A stretch of DNA of 64,000 nt from Lingula anatina. Its lineage: Eukaryota; Animalia; Brachiopoda. The notes under the pieces were generated by a model. That model ran no database searches, was not told the DNA's origin, and was given only the letters and a program-made list of their open reading frames with translations. Made by a program: the position numbers and the translations under genes. Position 1 is the stretch's first letter. Every line of letters starts with the position of its first letter. Location of the stretch: the NCBI GenBank assembly GCA_051362555.1, contig CM120646.1, positions 16,926,001 through 16,990,000 of the forward strand, read 5' to 3'. Shown here piece by piece: positions 55,344 to 64,000 of this stretch.

Positions 55344-55412
<69 letters not shown>
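55344..55412. repeat. (GA)n microsatellite
   Basis: Direct reading. Confidence 0.97.
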
Positions 55413-55414
<2 letters not shown>

Positions 55415-58400
55415 AAATAGTGCTGTTATTTCAACACCAAAATCAGCAGAATTAAATCTTTTGTCACAGAAACATGTCTTGAATATCAATATATCCATAC
55501 TATGAATGTCTTTAAATATATTAAATATACAAATATTGAAGGAATATAACATAAATTCAAAATCAATTTCTTTTAAAAAGATTACCAAAAATGCAAACCT
55601 ACCTTATTCATCACTGTATGAAAAATTACATACTTTCCATCTCCAAATACCCGTTTTGTTTACTAATTCAGTGAACCAACTCTAAACTGCAGGTAAATAA
55701 CAAAACGTACTATTACATTATCTATCCCATTTTATTTGAAACTTGAGTTTCTAATGATCCATATACAAACCAAATTACCACATTGTCTTGTGATTCAGAA
55801 AGCTTGTGATCCTGAATACAACAGACACTTCAGCATAACCCTGGCAACAGCCAATATAGCACTAGGGTCTCCGTAATCCTATTATTTTATTATCCAGAGT
55901 TTTTCCAGACTGATAATCATATTAGAAATAACATTAATAGAGGGCCTCTGTGGCCTGTGTTATCCATGCCTCACATGATAAACATTATGGTTAATTTCAA
56001 AGCTGTGTCTACTACTGGTCATTTGGGCTGCCTGGTCAGTTTTCCAGTAGTTTTGAATATTATTATTTATAAGTGCTCCGAGTTTGTACCATTTGATCTT
56101 TACTTGAAATAAATTTCTTTTATATAAAGAAGCTGCTGGTTAAGATGAAAGAAAATCTAGTTTGCTTGTGAAACTTATTTTATTATTCCATGATGTCAAA
56201 CCATCATGCATATGACGTTTGATAAAAAGATATTCATGAATTCTTTATGGATCCATTCCCTGATTACTGTGATGAAGGCATCAGAATGCAAACTGTAAAG
56301 CCACTGCTTGAAAATCAGTAGGAATCAGATGACTGTCATCAAAAAGATGCATGCTTAACTAAGGTGAAAGCTAATTCCTCCTCCCAAATCAAAAGTTCTG
56401 GTAAAAAAAAAAGAATTTCTAACTCTGCATACTGTATGTGCCAGTGGTTCTCAACGCTTGCCCAATTCTGCTTGTTTCTGTCAGTGAGTATTAAGGCAGG
56501 CCTCCAGTCAGCTGTTCAGACAGCCTCTCTCCATCTCTCTCTCTTTTGCTCTCTCTGCCTGTGTTTAACTAGCTGTTACATCATTACAGATGTAATCTGG
56601 CTGTCAAGACTACCATTACAGAGGCACATTCACATTTACAAAAATAGTCAGATTCATTATTGCTATTATTGACAACATAAATACCACATAAGTATTTGAT
56701 GGTTGCCAGCTCAGCAAAAGTCTACCTGTATACAACAAATTTCTTTTACCTCAATTGGAAAAAATTAACATTTTTCACATAGCACTTGTTTTATTTATAT
56801 CCTTCATCTCTTCAAGGTTGTTGATGTCGCTTATGCAACTGCTGGGTTCAAATAAAGATAACATCATTTAAAAACTAATATTTTGAAAGTCATTGTGGCA
56901 AATTCCTGAACTGGTACTGTGGATTTTATTCTGGGTATGGGAAACAGTGAACAAATGAGCTGAATAAGGGGTCCCATTTTTCAGATTTTAAAAGCAAATT
57001 TTTACTGACGGGTCAACAAGAACTCTCATATTTACTCTTATATGTTATCATTTTACTAGATAACATATATTAGGGCCAAATTGACTTGACCAACTTTAGT
57101 ACAATTATGAATTTATTTTTGTTACACTGATTGCATATATATATTATGTATATATTCTGAGCTTGTAAAAATACTTTGTACTTTCTGCTCATGCTCATTG
57201 CTGGACTAAATTACCTATCTATCTATTGCATGGCAGGCAATTCAAGTTGGTGCTTAAACAGAAGTGTGTTAGGTGTGATGATTTTCACAACCATTTTTCA
57301 AACCTTCTTGAATGGCAAAAATAGTATTTTTCAGGTTTAAAAAAAAAAGAAAAAAACATTTGATGCATACTCTCTAGGTCATCAATGATTATGTCTAAGA
57401 ATTTGACTTGGCTAAAAAATGTCAATAACTAGATAAAAAAGCTTTTTGCTAAATAGAGAACAACATAACAAAGCAACATAATACATGGACCTGAAACAGG
57501 GTGGCTCGTTGCTTTCGCAAAAACTTGCCAAAGATAAAAAACACCAAGAAGATTTCTGCCAAACTGTAACTACAAAGGCAACAGCCCCTTGTCCTACTCA
57601 ATAAATGATTTTCCAAACAACGACTTTATAAGGCATAAACTACACTAGCTGCAAAACTAAATATAGTTCATAAACTGTACATCAATGACATTTTTACTGT
57701 TAATACAGCACAATAGCAGGGCAACGTAAACAATAAGATTCATCATTTAATCTTTTTATAACAGATACTAATTCCTCATCATGTCAACCTATTAACTGTA
57801 TGACTGTGCGTGGATGAAGAATCTTATTCCTCAATCACTGACCTTGATGCATCTCAAAATAAGGTTCATTTATACACCTTGGTGCCATATTACCTCTGCA
57901 GATACAGGTATGACAAAATCTATCCGTTAAAAGCCTGATGGGAAATGTAAAATGCATTTAACAAAGGTCTTTGAAAATAGTCTTGTTACCAATTAATATT
58001 TAAAGAACAAATCAAGCCTTTAATCAGGTTAATGGGAATATCATGCTTTTTTTGTTAATTGCAAGATTAGTATGAGATATGTTTTGATAAATAATTCACA
58101 AATCACTCAAGTGAATTAATGTACCGACTGTAACAGCAATAAAAAGATATTTAAAGAATAATTTTGTACTTCCTGACACCTGGGTCAAACTAGAAATTTG
58201 TTATCCATTCAGTCTAAAATGACAAACTGTCAAACGACAAAGTATCATTCATTTTCTAGCTAAATGAATTGAACTGATTAACTGTTTAAAAATCAAATGA
58301 ACTTGGCCACTGAATAGAATGGAAAACAACTGTCATCAGACCACATCAGAGAGCCAACAATGTTACTTAGTTGACTACAAACCACAAAATGGAGTCTATG

Positions 58401-60444
58401 GGGATTCCGAAAGTCATTACTGATGAACCAGGTTCATTTGTTTGTTGTATTTCTTAATACATGTCATTATCATAATTCAGGGAATTATTCACACAGGACA
58501 TCAAACAGACTGTTCAATGAATGACATGTCTCCAGAGATGACCTCGAAAAAACTATATTACCCTCAATAATTAAGTGTAAACTTATTTCCTACTCAATCC
58601 TTTCATATACCTGTGTTAGACAATCACATCTTAACTCATTATCTATAGGTTTCTGTTCACAAAGCATTTTCCCCCCTTTTTCCTTTTTTTCAAAGAATGT
58701 CAAAAACAATCAGTTACTTTTACACAGAGATATACAGCAGACACAAATAGAAAGCACCCATCTAAAAACTCAATAGCCCCATAATACTAGATAAAAAGAA
58801 AAACATTTTGCCGTTAAAACATCTGTTCATTCATTAAGCAAATTAATCTGATCCACCGGGCATGACAACCACTCATTTTGTCAATCACCCAGTAACTGGG
58901 GGACTCCAGACGTCTAACACTCCCAGAACATGAGTCAGAAACCATAAAACACAGAAATGGCAGGCAAATGATTACTAACACGTTCAATAATTCCAATCAA
59001 CACACAATCTGTTTCTACTTCATTTGTTCTAGCACATGGCAACAAAGGAGATAATTCTCAGTTAGGATATAATACAAGCATTAGTTGGACATAATGCTTG
59101 TCTATGCAGTGTTCTGAACATATTGTTATTAGATATTACATGAAAAAAATGTTGGAAAAATATCTTTCAAGTGTTATGCTCTCATTCATAAGTCTTTGAA
59201 AGTTCAATTTCTGAATTATCAATTTTTTAAGATTAAGGCATTGACTTGTTACTTACCTCAAAAAACGCACTTCATAACAGGGTTGCTTGCCAAACCAAAA
59301 TTATTTCTTCATACCTAAAATGAAAAAAAAAATTATATTAGTAAATATTCTGAATCTGCATGGTAACACAAATCATGAAGAGACAATTTTATATCAAAAG
59401 ACTGGCAGAATTTACATGAATTTTTGAGCTTAAGTTATCTATATATTGTGAGTGTCAGATATATAAAGATGGGGGAAAAATTCCAGTGCACAGGACAATA
59501 ACATATGTAACTACCCCCATCAAGCCATTGACTTCCTGGTGACAGTCTAAAAAACAATTCGACTTTACTCATTACATTTTAAATCCAAGATTTATAGCCT
59601 GATACAGACTTATAAAATTCACATGAAATCTAAATGCGATGCACATTTCTTTCCTGTTATTCGACATTGCAACTTGGAGATGGAATGTGTACCCATCGGT
59701 CCTACTGTAGCTACTGTGTAATGTTTTATAAGTGAAATAGACAAAACATGCCAATCACACTTATTTACAAGCCTAACATGTACAAGGTACGACTCCAATA
59801 GCTATTAGGGCAGTGAAGTATTTACTACTATCTATCTAAAGCAATAAAACCTTTTTAAAACAAAAGTAAAACAATTACTAGGAGTCAGATGGCAAAACCT
59901 GTGAAATAAGAATTTTGATAGCCAAACGAAACTAGGTGGCTATAAAATCAGATCCCACATTGCTCTAATAACTCTAGAAATATGGCAAGTGAATAAAGGT
60001 TCGACTATTCCAAAAACTATTCATGTACGTGTCGCACTTGTACATTTATGTGCATCCACACACATAAGTCGAGAATGTAAATTACTAATTTTAAGAACAA
60101 ATGGCTAAGTATGTCTTGAACACTAAAACTCTACACATGATAAACTGTTCACATTTCACTTCTATCAGTTTTACAGCAAATAGAGGATGTATTATTGATA
60201 GTTATTGATGGCTCTCAGACTTGCTTGCCACTCTCCGAGGGCAGATAAAACCCAGACATGCTATCGATTCTCTTTGTTATAAATCCAAAAATTGTTGACA
60301 TTAACAGTCATTTTGGGGATTAGCAAGGACAGCTACTGTAGACGAACAAAGCCTTCTCACACCAAGGATGTGGAAATCTATCTTGTCAAAAATATTGGAA
60401 GTTGTATTCACATATTTCTAGGCCATGTAAGTTTTAGCAACTAT

Positions 60445-61097
60445 GGCTGTATTCCCAGAGCTTTTAGATCGATCTATCCCCGCGGGGAGTCTCACTAGAT
60501 TACTGTCAGATAATCCGGCTTAAATGTCCGTCCTGCCTGTAAGGGGGTAATTAACTTTCAGGTCCGCCCAGCTGACAGCTATTTAGCGTGAACCCCCAGG
60601 GAGTTAGGTCGATCTAAAGTAGGTCGATCTTATCTATGGAAATGGGCTGTAAGTATGGCCAACCCACATAAAGCAATGCCCCTAATCCCCTGATGGTCTA
60701 CCGGCAGAGGCCTAGCAATTAAACCTCAGAGCTACGATTTAACTGTTTAATGGCGTGTGTGGAAGTGGGGAGTCCATTGGGGAAGGAAGGGGCTTGCTTT
60801 TAAGTGGGGTTGGCTATATTTAGTCTGGGGACCAGTTAGTCCATGGATTATCTGTTCTGAATGCGCTCTTACACCCCATTTCCATAGATTTTTAGTTCTA
60901 TCTATCCCTGTGGGGAGTCTCACTAGATTACTGTCAGCTTGGCCGGCTTAAGCGTCTGTCCCGCCTACTAAAAGCTGTAAGGGAGTAATTAACTATGGTG
61001 TCCGCTCGGCTGACTGCAATTTAGCCTGAACCCCCAGGGAGTTAGGTCGATCTAAAACTTAATCTTTAGATCGATCTAAATCTCTGGGAAAGCACCC
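60445..61097. mobile_element. Non-autonomous TIR (MITE/foldback) element, PIF/Harbinger-like
   Basis: Left end GGCTGTATTCCCAGAG versus reverse-complemented right end GGGTGCTTTCCCAGAG (13/16), both followed by TTTAGATCGATCTA. Flanks are TAT and TAA, an imperfect TWA-type TSD. CpG-rich relative to the window, with an internal duplication of about 160 bp and no transposase ORF. Confidence 0.75.
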
Positions 61098-64000
61098 TAA
61101 AAGACATAGGGGCAGTGCTAGTAGGCATTCAAGATAGGCTGGGACTATGAAAATGAGGTGAAGACTATCTTAACATGGGAGGGAATGCCATCAATCCTCA
61201 GTCTTTAATTGGGATAAGTTTACACTAACACAATGACAGTCTGTAACTCCTCAATTTCAAACTTGAACAAACAAACTAAAACTTTTCAGTCAAATCTCTT
61301 AAGTATTGTGGCAAATTTAAGAACCAAATTTTGATTAAAGCAGAACTAGTCTAAACACACATTTAGCGTTCAAAAACCTACAGCTACCTACTCCATACCA
61401 AACCAAACCAATATAATATTCTCATAAAATAAGGCACAGGACCCTATCACTTCAGCACAGTAAGTCTTTTCAAGTTAGGCAGCAGCCGTAAGGTTACAGA
61501 TAATTAACTCAGACTTATGAGGAAAATTCACCTTAGGAAATGTCACGTTGGTAATGAAGATACTGCAAAGTAAAAAAAAAAAAAAAACTTGGGTGTTCAA
61601 AAACTGCAAAGAGGTTGAGATATTGAAGACGAGCATGCTTAAAAAGAAGTGTTTTGGTAACTCTGGCCTTGCTGTAATTTTCCAAGACGTCTGCAAGCTT
61701 CCATCTTACTGATCAATCTCTTAATATTACTATTAAGTACTCAATAGTATGTTGATCTTTCAGATTTACACATGAAAATGCAAAATTAAATTGAACTTTT
61801 TTAAATTAAATATCTGAAACTTGAGAAATTGAATCAATATTGAGTTTTTTTAACCCCAACTCCTCCGGCGTTTTTTGCAGAACCCACCTTATGCCATGGT
61901 AATTATCAGTTTATTCAGTTACTTTAAATATATATATGTTAAAACCAAAAAACAAACGCTCAGGCACGGTCAGCTCACGACTCCTATCTTCCAATTCAGT
62001 AACAGTTAACATAAACTGATCCTGGCATAACCGAGCTATTTCGAACAATAAATAATCTAAAGGATTTTTCAATTTTAATTTATTTATTTCATAAATTAAA
62101 AAGATCTAAACATTCTACCTTTATTCTTATTTTTTATAAATACTTGCATTAATCAGATAATGCATTTCTAATCTCCGTCCATTTCCTGCACCAGTAGCAC
62201 ACATTTATGATCACAGATCTTGAACTCTGATGGACCTTTATAATACTCCCGCTCCATCTGTACCAGTCACCCCCTTAAGTCTTAAACCAAGTTAAAGAAT
62301 TGATGGCCATAGAAGCACCCCTATTCAAGCATTAATGTCTGTGTTAATGTTCTGGGAATACATGTAGCATGTTAAGTCAATATTATAGCTTGATCATTAT
62401 TTATGGATTATGTTGACATTAAATGATGTCAGTGTGACATTAACTGCTAATTTAATTGACAAAGTATCTGTAAGGAATAGAGGCAGAAATTTCACAGGCC
62501 AGTGTCCGTCTATAAACAGTATGCATTTATGGAAAGTAAGATTTTCTGTATCACTATAAATTCTTGATTTTCTGGCACACATAATGGTTATGCCTACTAG
62601 TATGTTTCTTTAAAATAATCAATCTCTTTAGAATCTTCCTTCATTTCTATACATGCACAAAATTAATCAGCATTTTCTAAGTACTGAGTACTGCAAAAAC
62701 TGAACCATTACTTTAATAAATAAAAAAATAATGCTCAGAGTTTCCATTTCTGATCAAAATACAGCAATATATAAAGTCTCGTTTGATCTTCTCCCTGGCA
62801 TACCATTGGGAAATATGAGTCAAAACAAAGGAAAATACTTCAAACACAATTCTCAGAATAACAAACCTTACTGATAAATGCAGCTAGAGTGAGCAATACT
62901 GTACTGATAAGAAAATGTTTTGAAGTAACTGAAGTTGGTACTAGTAAGTGATCTAACTGAGTCAGATTTGTTCAAATAATCTAAATTCTGCCAGATGCAG
63001 TTTTCTCACACTCCATCTTACACTGAATTTAAATGTAACTCGGACACTAATTCAGAATGACATTTATTAAATTTTACCATTCTCAAAATTATTTTAAGTG
63101 TTTCCAAAGAGAAAAGAAAAACTGTGATATTTCCAATCATTTCCTGGTATTGTTTCACCTTCACTGAATGAACTTCATAAGACCATTCTCTGACTTGGAT
63201 CTATCTAATCCACATAGATCTGATCCTGTAATAAAAGATAACAAGACATATCTGGAAACTAGTACTAGTAGTTGGGTTTACAGTAAGGTTGGCTTGATGT
63301 ATTTTAACACAACCTATCAGCTATGTTCGATCAGCTCACCACAAGCGTCATACCCAATCCCTCTCTTGTCCCACTGAAGTCCTATGTCACCAGATTAGCT
63401 TGGTTTACTGTGGTGACCAAACCGTAATGAGCCAGCCTGCCGAGTTGGGTTGTTTTAAGTCATGTCTACCTATCTCCATTGAGAACATGCCTTAATTCTG
63501 TCTGGTTTCAAACTGGATCAAACCATGACTTTCATCACCAGCGATGCAATGGAATCTTCCAACGATTGATTTACAGTCTGTATAATACATGAAGACTGGT
63601 AACAACTTGCAACAACCAGTTCTAACACTGTTGCAACCAGCAGTATCACCAAATATTACACACCAGATTATATCCAAGCCCTAACCTTAATACAGAATAT
63701 ATACTGCATCTTCTTTCAGGTCACAAGAACTGGAGTATTCCTAACTGCATGAAGTCTGGCTGACATGATGTATTACTGATAAGCCTCCAGCCCTCCAGGA
63801 CCAAGTTTACTGAACTAGCATTTTTTTCAGACTAGATGTTAAGTAACATATAGTACTATTAGTGTCATTTCCAAGTGCATTATAAAATATTTCTAAAAAT
63901 CTAAAAATTTACCTAAATATTTTAGCAAGAGAAGGCCAGAACATACAATATCTCAAAAGGGGGAGGGGGGGTTCTAAAAAAAAAAAGAACCCTTTAACCC

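Noticed and set aside
56442-56456. hAT/Charlie-like TIR CAGTGGTTCTCAAC (similar CAGGGCTTCTCAAC at 17857)
   Set aside because: No partner TIR or 8-bp TSD found, so no element can be delimited.

Overview
AT-rich, strongly CpG-depleted eukaryotic DNA with many microsatellites, most consistent with an invertebrate animal genome. It is not prokaryotic: I saw no operons, rRNA, tRNA or CRISPR arrays. The window appears to lie inside one large minus-strand gene, a rolling pebbles (rols)/TANC-like scaffold. Four coding exons splice in frame through canonical GT-AG sites: 24047-23862 (C3HC4 RING), 22602-22399, 19896-19555 and 19106-18888, giving about 307 codons from the ATG at 24018. Candidate upstream exons lie at 48242-48023 and 27569-27522. 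The P-loop, ankyrin and TPR exons expected for this family were not found and should lie beyond position 1. The most notable observations are: (i) a separate ATG-initiated exon at 7962-7611, ending in a phase-1 donor, that would give a RING-less isoform with a Tyr/Asp-rich, PWG-repeat N-terminus, plus weaker candidates for further first exons; (ii) every internal coding exon is symmetric phase 1-1; (iii) a 653-bp TIR-bounded element at 60445-61097 built from three nested hairpins. The rest is intron with microsatellites, minisatellites and decayed repeat fragments. Most entries in the ORF track look spurious. All calls come from reading by eye; no searches were run.
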